From contig NIVC01000364.1 in NCBI GenBank assembly GCA_002269645.1, positions 558,001 to 622,000 of the forward strand: a stretch of DNA of 64,000 bases, written 5' to 3'. Origin of the DNA: Macrostomum lignano. Its lineage: Eukaryota. The notes under the pieces are model-generated. The model was given only the letters and a program-made list of their open reading frames with translations. It was not told the DNA's origin and searched no databases. The position numbers and the translations under genes were made by a program. This document shows positions 1 through 12,800 of the stretch, in pieces (the stretch's first letter is position 1; each line of letters begins with the position of its first letter).

Positions 1-6
1 TTTCAG

Positions 7-1876
7 ACCAATTGTAAAATTTATATCGCCGGACAGCCTGATGTCCGAGTACGCCGAGATGCTGGGCCTCCCGGACAAGCCCGTGCCAGAGGACGTCCTG
101 CTTGACAATCTGAAGACAGTCTACGACCTTAGCGTCACGTCCAACCATCCGCGCTTCTATAACCAGCTTTTCGGTCGCGTTCACGAAGAGTCCGTTGTTG
201 GATCTTTGCTAACTGACGCCATCAATGCGAGCATGTAAGCGGACTTGTTTACCTTCTTAAACTCTTTTTAGCTTATTATAACATTAACGGTAGCTAGTTT
301 AGGCTAGTCTAGACCCTGTGGGTCCACGAGTAGGTCAAAGGGACTTTCTCAAACGAAGCTTTTCGGTGATGTCATCCAACTTATTCCACATGCTGCTTTG
401 AATACCGAAGCAAGTAAAATAAATAGAAGCTAGACTATTAATCCCACGGGTGCCTGTAGATGTTAATCAAATCGTCCTGTTCACGTCCTATATATTTTCT
501 TAGTCTAACTAACTACTAAAAAAACTACTAAACACAACAGCTACACTTACGAAGTTGCTCCAGTGTTCACTGTGATGGAGCGTCTAGCAATGCAGCAATT
601 CTTGGAATTATTTGGCTTCCAAAATGGCGAAGGAGTCTGCACTCCGGGCGGTTCAATTGGTAACATGTACGCCATCAGTCTGGCTAAGTCGGCTGTATTC
701 CCCGACGCCAGACGGCTCGGTCTCGCTGCTATGCCGCCGGCGAAGATCTACGTGTCAATGGAGGTGTGTTCGCGCTCGAAGTTAGTTCTGTTTGAAAGGC
801 TCTGCGTATCTATCAAAGATGCAATTCAATAATAATACAATTTTCAGAGTCACTACTCGATGGTGAAAGGCGCCAGCTTCATGGGATTCGGAGAGAACGC
901 GGTCGTCAAGGTTGCAACCGATGAACACGGACGAATGAAAGTTGACGCGTTGAGGGAGCACATCAAATCGGACATTGAGAATGTAAGGTTTTTTGATTTT
1001 GAATTTCTGTTTAGTTTGACTGTCAACACTTTTACGGTGGTTTTCATTTTTTCGATATAGGGTCAGAAGCCTCTAATGGTGGTGGCCACCGCGGGCACAA
1101 CTGTGCTAGGCGTCTACGACCCAATATCCGAGGTGGCCAACGTGTGTCAAGAGTTTAACGTCTGGTTGCACGTCGATGGCTGCCTAGGCGGCAGTGCCAT
1201 CCTGTCGGAGAGCCGCCGGCACCTGTTGGATGGTTGCCAACGCGCTGACTCGCTGACTTGGAATCCGCACAAAATGCTTGGCGTCAATCTGCAGTGCAGC
1301 CTGCTGCTCACCAGACACTCTGGCGCTCTGCAAAGAGCTCACGGCACTCAAGCGGCTTACCTGTTTCAGCAGGACAAATTCTATCCACCGCAGTTTGACA
1401 TTGGCGACAAGGTGATCCAGTGCGGTCGCAAAGTTGACGTGCTGAAACTCTGGGCCGTGTGGCGCGGCCTTGGCAAGTCCGGCCTGGGCGATCTGGTTGA
1501 CCGAAAGTTCACCCTGGCTAAGCAGCTAGCCAATCTGATTGCGCAACGACAAAAGACCGACGGCTCGTTTGAGCTGATTGCCGAGCCGGAGAGTACCAAC
1601 GTGCTGTTCTGGTACATCCCGCCGGCTTTGCGCGGCCAGCCCGCCGACTGGAGCAAGCGGGACGACTCTTGGTGGCGCCAAATGGACGCTGTGGCGCCTC
1701 TCCTAAAAAAGCGAATGACCTTGGACGGCTCAATGCTGATTGGCTATCAGAAATGCGCCGCCTCTAAAAATATCAACTGCTGGAGAATGGTCTGCTCGCA
1801 GGACACCAACTCTGAGCAGGACATGGAGCGCATTGTCGGCGAGTTTTGCCGCTTCGGCGAAGACATTAGCGTCTGA
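7..1876 (+). CDS. Group II PLP-dependent decarboxylase (GAD/CSAD/GADL1/aspartate 1-decarboxylase family), 5'-partial; exons 7-234, 541-763, 848-982, 1061-1876
   Basis: Spliced product has HPRFYNQL, NASIYTYEVAPVF, PGGSIGNMYA, SHYS, ATAGTTVLG, WLHVDGCLGG and the PLP-lysine motif DSLTWNPHKMLG. All introns are GT-AG with matching phases (AT|C, phase 0, phase 0). The window opens on a TTTCAG acceptor, so earlier exons lie outside it. Confidence 0.93.
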
Positions 1877-3885
1877 GAAGTCTAGGAAGTCTAAGTTGAC
1901 CACCACAAACCACACTGTGTGACACTTCAAAATTTTCAGTTCGATAAAAAATTGTTTGAAACAAAAATTAACGTTTTTTATTTTTCTTCTCATTTTGGAG
2001 ACGCGCCGAATTGCCAGAAATAAAAAGTGCACAAGAAAACGGACTATTTCTCTACAAACTCTGATAAAAAATATCGGGCAAGATTGAGCATTTTGAGGAC
2101 TTCTATTAGATTACTTTTCTTCGGATTTTCTGCTAATGCGATTTGAATTTGTTTTAGAAGCTACTTACAATAGGATGCAGCGAATATTTTTATCGCAACT
2201 TGCAGCTTCTAGCATTGCAGATTTAGACAAGAGTTTATCGAATTTAATCAATTTTATTACTAGCTAGTATCATATTATCCATAACAGAATTTTGAAGCTC
2301 ATCTGATCGGTTAGCGATGGAGAGATTTCGTATCAATTCCTAATTAATTAAAATTGCTTTTTCAACCTCGTCCCCATGCAATCAACACCGTTTGTCACTG
2401 GCGTGGCCTGCCTAATCAATCTGGTGATATCATGACAACTATGGACCCGCAGTCAGCCTGAGCTATCCTGCTAATAAATAATAATGCAGAAGCTGACAGT
2501 TAATAAGCTCTTACCTCAATATTGACTGATGGATCTAGAAGTAACGTAAGCACAGGGCGGTGTATGCAAAAACTGGAATTGTTTGCAAAATGGATTAATC
2601 GAATCAATTCCCATCAAAAGCATCAATTAGCGATCCAACTGGCGCTGAGATGGACCGAGTTATTAAATGCGATCCCATATCCATCATATTTTCCTTTCAA
2701 AATAGAAACTGCAATACCTGCTCCCCATATAGTAATAAAAAAGCTTACAAGTTTTGTGGGGCCTTTTTGTCAATAAAGGGTATAGAGGGTATAGAGTGGA
2801 AGCCAGCGCCCCAGGAGAGCAAAGGCTACATTACCATACGCTGTGCATATGCCCAGCCAGATAGAAGATACTATATACTTATATAATTAACTTAATTTAA
2901 TTAGAAACTACATTAGCATGCTTGGTGCCAACTAAGGCTTGAGTTCTTGCCCTGTTTATGCACAATGCACAGCCATTGACCAGCTGGTGCAACTGCATAT
3001 ATATGCGCTTAAGAATCGTAAACTGTTCTCTCGCATGCAATATTCATTCATAAATTAATAATCATACATGCATAAGTACGACACCACCAGATGCTGGATC
3101 CCCAGGATTATAATTTAATAATAGAAATCCGGCGAGACTAAAAACCCATGAGTCAGTCAGGATCGGGAAAGGAGCATTTGCGGCAGCTTTTAAGGGAATT
3201 ACACTACAGGGAGCATGACTGCATGTAATGTCATACTTGAGCACAGTTCATACGTATACCTATTGTACAAGAAGAAAAGAGCAATCCACTAATCTGCTGC
3301 TAGCTGTCTTACTCAGGCAAGTCTATCTCTCTATCGAGGAACTGTTGACGGATTTTTGAGTAACAGCGTGGGAGTGGAAGCGAAGAATCTCAGGCCCCGT
3401 TGAAGGAAAGAAGAAGCGGGACGAGGTTGAAGGGCGGGACCTGGATGAATGTACATTGCACGCGGTTTGAGTAATGTACAGTAGGGAGGGGTTGGCTGAG
3501 GGTTAGACAGAAGGGGGATAGAGAGGGAAGGAGTTAAGGCCAAAAAAGACCTTGCCAAGGCCTCTAAAATATATACGACCCGTGTTAGCCCTCCGCCCCA
3601 AAAAGGAGCTGGGGGAGAACGCCGCGCACTCTGCAAATTATAAGCCAAGGCAGTAAAGTGGTAAAGTAGAGCATTGTGCGGCTGGCTGAGCAGAGGACCA
3701 CGGAAGGAGATTGAACTGAATCTATCATCAAAACTGACTTCATCCAAAGGAAAAGACGCGACTAGAAGCCACGGCTCCCTCCTCATCTATCCATCCAACT
3801 ATAGCCACCCCATAGCACTATCATAAATCGTATATAAGCTAGATTTGTTCGCTTAGATTCCGAACACTCGTATAATAAATTAATA

Positions 3886-6800
3886 ATGCGCAGCTTCTTG
3901 TCATCTCATGCGGAGATGCGGCTAAGGCGAACCTTGGGCGAATCAGGGCCGCAGCAGCAGCAATACCAGCCAATGTCCAGCGGTTTAATGGATCTGAGAT
4001 CTTTGCTGCAACAGCGAAGCAAACAGTCAACTGATGAGTCCGAGCAGAGCCTGCTATTAGAGGCCTACAGGCGCCGGGATGCTGACCAGTTGGAGAGGCT
4101 GCTGGTGTCCGGCGATCCGTACGCTCCGGTACTGTCCGGTCGGACTATTGCCGATCTGGCCGCGGCCGAGGATCAGATTTGGGTGCTGGACAGGCTGGAA
4201 AAGATCGGGTACGTTCTAAGATTGAGATTGAGAGTGAGATGGGTGAGAGTGAGATGGGGGAAAGTGAGATGGGTGAAAGTGAGATGGATGAAAGTGAGGT
4301 AGGTGAGAGTAAGATGGATGAGAGTGAGAAGGTTGAGGGTGAGGCATTTTGGCGGACGGCGTCCGGCGCGGATCTAATACGGCGCGGCGCGGCGTGTACG
4401 GCGCGCGGCGATTAGTACGGCGCGGCGCGGTACTAATTAGATGCCGAGGCATTTAGGCTTGATAAGACAGTCATAGTTACTCCTGCCGTTTACCCAAAAC
4501 TGCGTTAATTTTGCTTTAGGGTTTCTTTCACAGGTAAGTCATTTCACAGCGTGGCGCAGGTTGTGTAGGCGTCTGGCGTACTTAAGCCATGCGCTGCAAT
4601 AGGGTGAGATAGGTGAGAGTGCGAAGGCTCATAGTGAGTTGGGTCAGAGTAAAATGGAGTGAGATGGGTTGAGAGTGAGATGAGTCAGAGTGAGAAGGGT
4701 GAGAGTGAGAGAGGTGAGAGTGAGATGAGTGAGAGTGAGAAGGTGAGAGATAAGTGAGTGAGAGCGAGAAGGTGAGAGATAAGTGAGTGAGATGAGTGAG
4801 AGTGAGAAGGTGAGAGATAAGTGAGTGAGAGCGAGAAGGTGAGAGATAAGTGAGTGAGATGAGTGAGAGTGAGAAGGTGAGAGATAAATGAGTGAGAGTG
4901 AGAAGGTGAGAGATAAGTGAGTGAGATGAGTGAGAGTGAGAAGGTGAGAGATAAATGAGTGAGAGTGAGAAGGTGAGAGATAAGTGAGTGAGATGAGTGA
5001 GAGTGAGAAGGTGAGAGATAAATGAGTGAGAGTGAGAAGGTGAGAGATAAGTGAGTGAGATGAGTGAGAGTGAGAAGGTGAGAGATAAATGAGTGAGAGT
5101 GAGAAGGTGAGAGATAAGTGAGTGAGATGAGTGAGAGTGAGAAGGTGAGAGATAAGTGAGTGAGATGAGTGAGAGTGAGAAGGTGAGAGATAAGTGAGTG
5201 AGATGAGTGAGAGTGAGAAGGTGAGAGATAAATGAGTGAGAGTGAGAAGGTGAGAGATAAGTGATTGAGATGAGTGAGAGTGAGAAGGTGAGAGATAAAT
5301 GAGTGAGAGTGAGAAGGTGAGAGATAAGTGAGTGAAATGAGTGAGAGTGAGAAGGTGAGAGATAAATGAGTGAGAGTGAGAAGGTGAGAGATAAGTGAGT
5401 GAGATGAGTGAGAGTGAGAAGGTGAGAGATAAATGAGTGAGATGAGTGAGAGTGAGAAGGTGAGAGATAAATGAATGAGAGTGAGAAGGTGAGAGATAAG
5501 TGAGTGAGATGAGTGAGAGTGAGAAGGTGAGAGATAAATGAGTGAGAGTTAGAAGGTGAGAGATAAGTGAGTGAGATGAGTGAGAGTGAGAAGGTGAGAG
5601 ATAAGTGAGTGAAATGAATGAGAGTGAGAAGGTGAGAGATAAGTGAGTGAAATGAATGAGAGTGAGAAGGTGAGAGATTAGTGAGCGAGACGGGTCAGAG
5701 TGAGATGGGTGAGAATGTGATGGGTGAGAGTGAGAGAGCGAGTGCTACTTCGAGTTAAGAGCGGTTTACGGTAAATAAGTTTTCTTGTATCACTTTCAAA
5801 ACTGAGCACACTACTACGCACAGTGAAATCCACGTAAACAAAAACAAAACAGGTACGATTTCAACCGAGTCAATCAGCAGGGCATGACGCCACTTCATTA
5901 CGCAGTTGAGGAGGGCCGGCTGAACGTTCTGCTGAAGCTCAAAGCACTTGGCGCTGATCCAAATGTTCCTCTGCCATCGGGAGACTATCCACTGCACAGG
6001 GCTTGCGCTCAGGATAAGACCTCTGTGCTTGAGGCTCTGCTGAGTGAGGCCTGCTGAACTTTCTTTGCCTGTCTTGAAACCCTCCCTTCATCGTGAGCAC
6101 CACCCTCTGTCACTTCCAGCTCCCAGACTCCTCTTCATCGTGAGCACCACCCTCTGCCACTTCCAGCTCCCAGACTCCTCTTCATCGTGAGCACCACCCT
6201 CTGCCACTTCCAGCTCCCAGACTCGGAGACTCCTCTTCATCGTGAGCACCACCCACCCTCTTGGCACTTCTAGCTCCCAGACTCCTCTTCATCGTGAGCA
6301 CCACCCACCCTCTTGCCACTTCTAGCTCCCAGACTCCTCTTCATCGTGAGCACCACCCACCCTCTTGGCACTTCTAGCTCCCAGACTCCTCTTCATCGTG
6401 AGCACCACCCACCCTCTTGGCACTTCTAGCTCCCAGACTCCTCTTCATCGTGAGCACCACCCACCCTCTTGGCACTTCTAGCTCCCAGACTCCTCTTCAT
6501 CGTGAGCACCACCCACCCTCTTGGCACTTCTAGCTCCCAGACTCCTCTTCATCGTGAGCACCACCCACCCTCTTGGCACTTCTAGCTCCCAGACTCCTCT
6601 TCATCGTGAGCACCACCCACCCTCTTGGCACTTCTAGCTCCCAGACTCCTCTTCATCGTGAGCACCACCCTCTTGCCACCTCCAGCTCCCAGACTCCTCT
6701 TCTTCGTGAGCACCTCAGCCTCTATCTAACGATCCAGCTTTATGTTGAGCATCAAGTCTCAAGCCTCAGTTATAATTGCAATCCTCCCTTACTCTCAAAT

Positions 6801-9800
6801 TCTCCAGCCGACTGCCAGGCGGACCAGTCCGTCCGCGACCGTCAGGGCAACACGGCGTTGCACCGCGCCATCCTGGAGGAATCGTCGCCGCACATCCTCG
6901 CCCTGCTCCGCTGCAGCGACGAGGCGGCGCTGAACGCGCAGGGCCACGAAGGCCGGACACCGCTGCACCTGGCCGTGGCCAATCAGAACCGCCTGGCCAT
7001 GAAGCTGCTGCTGGAACGCGGCGCATTCGTCGACTTGCCAGCCGACAATGGCCGGACAGCCATCGACCTGGTGATGCAGCAGGGCAGCCCAGTTCTGCTC
7101 AGCGACCTGTCCACCTTCTACACGCGGGAAGTGTCTCGCACGGTCCACGCCAAGAGCTACAAGGAGCTGCTGTCTGAGCCGGACTTTCACCAGTTCCTCG
7201 GCTTCCTGCAGGCGGTGGACAATGAGTACAGAGTGTGCCGGGTGAAATCGCCCGAGCGGCTGAGCGAGTTCGAGCAGCGGGCCCTGCTTGAGCAGCTAGT
7301 TGCCGACCAGAAGGTCAGATTGGCTGCAGCTGGATTGGTTGGGGGGGGGGGTTCATGACATTTGACTGTCACTGTCTGACTGTCACTGTTTGACTGTCAC
7401 TGTTTGACTGCCACTGTTTGACTGTCACTGTTTGACTGCCACTGTTTGACTGTCACTGTTTGACTGCCACTGTTTGACTGTCACTGTTTGACTGCCACTG
7501 TTTGACTGTCACTGTTTGACTGTCACTGTTTGACTGTCACTGTTTGACTGCCACTGTTTGACTGTCACTGTTTGACTGCCACTGTTTGACTGTCACTGTT
7601 TGACTGCCACTATTTGACTGTCACTGACTGTCACTGACTGTCACTATTTGACTGCCACTGTTTGACCGTCACTGTTTGACTGCCACTGTTTGACTGTCAC
7701 TGTTTGACTGTCACTGTTTGACTGTCACTGTTTGACTGCCACTGTTTGACTGCTACTATTTGCCTGTCACTGTTTGAAAAATGGTAAATAATGGTATCTA
7801 AACCTTCAACAAGTTTTACTGTTTTGTGCATTCAAATTTGTATTACATTGGAAGCCGTCCCAGACTCCAGTGACATTAATTTGTATATCATTGCACACGG
7901 CAACTAACTGCACAGCAGGTGTTCGCACTTCAGCATACGCTCGTACAGCGACATACAAGTTGATAGCAGGTTGTATTGAGGCAGCGAGTGTTGTGACAGC
8001 AATTCTCAACTTATGCCATGTTTTAAACTATATACGCTACATGCTCGAGTGTATGCACTTAAGTGTGAGTACGTATTTAGGTACTTAGTGTTCCTGCAAC
8101 CTTCTAATTGAATATTGATCTTTTCTTATTGAAAACCCTCGATAATAGCTGGAATATGCGGCTTTTCACTCGGCTCAGACTCTATGATTTCAGTCTTATA
8201 AATTATAGGATCAGGGGTCAGTGTGATCTCTGGTATGCGTTTACAAGATTCTATCTTCTCTATCACCTCTCTCCTCTCTCCTCTCTCCACTTCTCTCCTC
8301 TCCTCTCTCCACTTCTCTCCTCTCCTTTCTCCTTTCTCCTCTCTTCTCTTCTCTCTCCTCTCCTCTCCTCTCGCCTCTCCTCTGTCTCCTCTCCCCTCTT
8401 CCCACTCTCCACTTGCCCCTCGCCTCAACACAAGTTCAAAAAGCTAGCAACCCCTGCTCGATCGAATCTCACAACTGCACTGACAATGAGTGAATAATCA
8501 TAATCAAGCGCATTCCCCCATCAACATCAAAATTGCTAGACTGGCTCTGGCTCATATTAAAGATGCGGATTCTCCCTGTCAGGTGGACCTGGTAGAGTTC
8601 CGCGATCTCGCCACCCGCCTGGCCCGGACCGAGCTGGCGCACGTTCTGGTGGACAACGAGGACGCACTGGAGAAGACCGCCGCCCTGGTGCTGCGCTACG
8701 TCCTGCTGCGCGAAGACATCGGCCTGCTGTGCCGTCTGTCAGCCTGCGGCATCCTCTGGACAGCCGTGGCCGAAGTGATCGAGTCCCGTCTGGACAGCGT
8801 CTACCTGCACACGCCCGAGCGCGGTGTCAGCCGCCTGGTGCAGAACCTCCGCCAGAGCTTCGTGCAGGCCGGCCGGCTTCGCCGAGACGCTCTGGCCAGT
8901 CACTATGGAGCCGAGTGCTCTGCGCACCTGCTGCCGGCCTACCGGCCTGACTACTGCCCCGATGTGTCCTACCTGCGCCATCCCATGGACACCTTGGCCG
9001 TGTGGTCTGTGCTCACCGGCAGGTTCCAGCTGACTGAGATGCTCATCCTGTGAGTCACTCTCTACATTCTATATCGGATGTTGTGGATTCAGTAAATGTC
9101 TATAGATTGCGTAATTGGGATTGAGTAGATGTCTATAGATTTCTAAATTGAGGTTGAGTGGATATCTATAGAATTCTAATTTCGAATTGAGTAGATATCT
9201 ATAGATTTCTAACTTGGGATTGAGTAGATATCTATAGATTTCTAAAGTGGGATGGAGTAGATAACTATAGATTTCTAAATTAGGATTGAGTAGTTATTTA
9301 TAGATTTCTACATGTGATTTCAGTTGAGTAGATCATAGATTAAGTAGGCCATAGAGTGGATCTATAGATCGAGTGCTGGATTGGAATAAAAATCGGTAAT
9401 GGACTGGGTCCTCTGAATCCCTCCCGGACAGGCAGGACCAGTTCGACATCATCCCCCTGTCGCTGTTCTGCGCTGGCCTGCTGCGCAGCCTGCTATCGAA
9501 TCCCGATTTGACGCTGGACGATGAGGAAATCGAATTGCTGGCCTCCCGCTGCGAGTCCATCGCCCAGGAGACCGTTGAACGGGTGTACACGCTGGATACG
9601 TCCTACTGCAAACAGGTGCGGTTTAGTAATATAAGTAATACAAGTAGCGTTTTTTATCCTTTTTTCATCATAGGCAACAGTATCTAATTAGATGAAAAGG
9701 TATTCAATTACCTAAACAAAGGGATAGTTACTCCCGCCTTTTACCCAGTTAGTTTACAGAGAGACAAGCCTCACCGAATTTTGCGTCTCCTCACCAGGTG

Positions 9801-12800
9801 ACCGTGGACTACCTGCTGATGCCGCAGCCGACGTACGGCGAAGCCTCCTGCATCGAGCTGGCCGCCAACAACAAGTCGGCCAGGTTTCTGCAGACAGCCG
9901 CCGGCCAGACGGCCCTGGATAAGAAATGGTACGGCTGCCTGTTGAACATCAGGCCGAGCCTGCGCGAGGCTGTCATCTGGCTGGGCATGGTGCCCGGCAA
10001 CCTGCTGGTGCCCATGCTGCTGGTGTACTTCGACGAGCAGCGCATGCTCGAGGAGCGGCGGCATCGTGGCGGCCCGCTGGACTCCGGCGGCGGCGGTGCC
10101 GGAGGCGCTGGCGGCGGGGGTCGCGGCGGTGACGAGACCTGCGAGTTCCTTGTCACCGCCAAGCGGGCCGAGTGCGAGGCGGCCGCCAACGCCAAGGCGG
10201 CAACTGCGGCGGCGAATGTGGAGGTGCAGTTCACGCCTTCTGGCAAGACTGCCACAACTGCTGTGGGGACCAAGGTTTGTTTACAGCTGCAGTTCATTTA
10301 AGAATGCAAGCACCCTCTCGTAGCCTAAGTCATGGCGCTCACGTAACCCGGAACCTGGTGTACCTTGCAATCTTACATTTTAATTAACTCGATTCCTAGG
10401 TATCTAGGCTTCACCACCTCTATTTTAGGTATGCAGGCTCCGTCATCTTCATCTCCAGGTACTCAGGCTCCGTCATCACCTTCATCCCCAGGTACCCAGG
10501 CTCCGTCACTACCATCTCCAGGTACCCAGGCGCCGTCACCATCCCCAGGTACCCAGGCTCCGTCACCATCCCCAGGTACCCAGGCTCCGTCACATTCATC
10601 CCTAAGTACCCAGGCTCCGTCACCACCATCTACAAGGTGCTCAGACTCCGTCATCACCATCCCCAGCCCCCAGGTACCCAGGCTCCGTCACTTTCATCCC
10701 CAGGTACCCAGGCTCCGTCATCACCATTCCCAGGTGCTCAATCTCCGTCATCATCATCTCCAGGTACCCAGGCTCCGTCACCTTCATCCCCAGCTCTCCA
10801 GTATCGGCCAGCTCTATCCCCAGATACCCAGGCTCCGTCACCTTCATCCCCAAATACCCAGGCTCCGTCACCTTCATCTTCAGATACCCAGGCTCCGTCA
10901 CCTTAATCCCCAGATACCCAGGCTCCGTCACGTTCATCTTCAGATACCCAGGCTCCGTCACCTTAATCCCCAGGTACCCAGGCTCCGTCACCTTAATCCC
11001 CAGGTACCCAGGCTCCGTCACCTTAATCCCCAGGTACCCAGGCTCCGTCACCTTAATCCCCAGGTACCCAGGCTCCGTCACCTTAATCCCCAGGTACCCA
11101 GGCTCCGTCACCTTAATCCCCAGGTACCCAGGCTCCGTCACCTTAATCCCCAGGTACCCAGGCTCCGTCACCTTCATCCCCAGGAAGCCATCATCAAGCT
11201 GGCCAGCCCATTAAAAGCGCCCAACTCTATTTACCAGGCCCTGACAGACCCTGACGACCAGCCGGAGGAGCGGCGCAGTCTGCTCGGCGGGTCCAAAGTC
11301 AGCCTGACCTCCTCGGAGCGGCAGTTGCGCAATCCTCACCTCCGCCGCCTGCGCCAGTTCTTCCGCCTGCTGTACGGCTTCTACAACATACCGGCGGTGA
11401 AGTTCCGGTATCACGCCCTGGCCCACGCCAGCCTGCTAATGCTCCTGTCGTACGTTCTGGTCATCGATTTCGAATACAGCCTCAACACGGCCGAGGCTGC
11501 GGCTTATTGCATCATCTGCGGCTACCTCATTGAAGAGGTTGGCGAGCTGATGCAGTGCGCCATGTACACCAGGCTGAGCGACTACTTTCGGAGCAAGTGG
11601 AACTACATTGACATTGCCGCACTGTTCACCGCGGTCATTGGATTCTTCTTGCGCATGGGCAAAGTTGCCGGACACATGGACACTGTGGAGCAGAGGCTCA
11701 CCATGTCGTTTAATGATCCCGGATGGTACTTGGCCAGGCTGTTTCTGGGTAAGTGAGGAGCCTGAGGGGCTGCGGCCCGGGTCCTTCAGTGTCTCTCCCT
11801 GGTCCTTCAGTGTCTCCCCCTGGTCCTTCAGTGTCTCCCCCTGGTCCTTCAGTGTCCCCCCTGGTCCTTCAGTGTCTCCTCCCCTGGTCCTTCAGTGTCT
11901 TCCCTTCCTATCCTTCAGTGTTTGGGGATTTGGAAATTTTGAAAATGGATTTTTAATTTGGGGATTTCCAATTGCAAATGGGTGCCTGGATCCTAACTTT
12001 CACAACGCCTAGTATTCAATTAAGCAAATTTGATTGCTCTGTGAAATTTGGGACCCTTGTGAAGCTCAGGTTTAGTTTGGGGTTTATGAAGTTTAGGGTC
12101 TATGAAGTTTAGGTTTTTTGATGTTTAAGGTTTATGAAGTTTAGTGTTTATGAAGTTTAGGGTTTATGAAGTTTAGGGTTTATGAAGTTTAGGTTTTATG
12201 AAGTTTAGGTTTTACGAAGTTTAGGGTTTATGAAGTTTAGGGTTTATGAAGTTTAGGGTCCATGAAGTTTACGTTTCACAAAGTTTAGGGTTTATTAAGT
12301 TTAGGGTTTGTGATGAAGGTGAATGCTAGTATTTTAGGCGTTGTGAAAGGGTTTACAAATGGTTTGTGAAAGAGCACCCTATTGTGGTGTTTTCGAGATG
12401 TGGAGTTCAAGATTTTCATGCACACACATTATACTACTATACACCGCCTGCAATCAGTAGCGTATGAAGCCCATCCGGCTGTAAACTGCCAGCCTCTTAG
12501 CCTCATCAGCAACATCATCATCCCGCAGGCATATCCTGTTCCCTATACTGGATCAGGCTGTTGTACATCTCAACTGTGCTGGAGACTCTCGGGCCCAAGC
12601 TGAAGATGATGGCCAAAATGATCACCCAGGACCTGTTCCCATTCCTGTTCATCCTATTCATATTCATATTCGCCTTTGGCGTGCTCATGTACGGCCTGCT
12701 GTTTCCCAACGGTTATTACGCTTGGAACCCGGAACAGATGACTGTGCCGAACATCCTGCTGGGCATGTTCCGGATCTGCTTCTACAGCATGGTTGGCGAC

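Noticed and set aside
3331-3786. 151-aa minus-strand ORF upstream of the channel
   Set aside because: No motif or splice support; more likely promoter or UTR sequence.
12070-12310. TTTAGGG-containing repeat as interstitial telomere
   Set aside because: The heptamer is embedded in a 16-bp unit with TTTATGAA and never forms (TTTAGGG)n or (TTAGGG)n runs.
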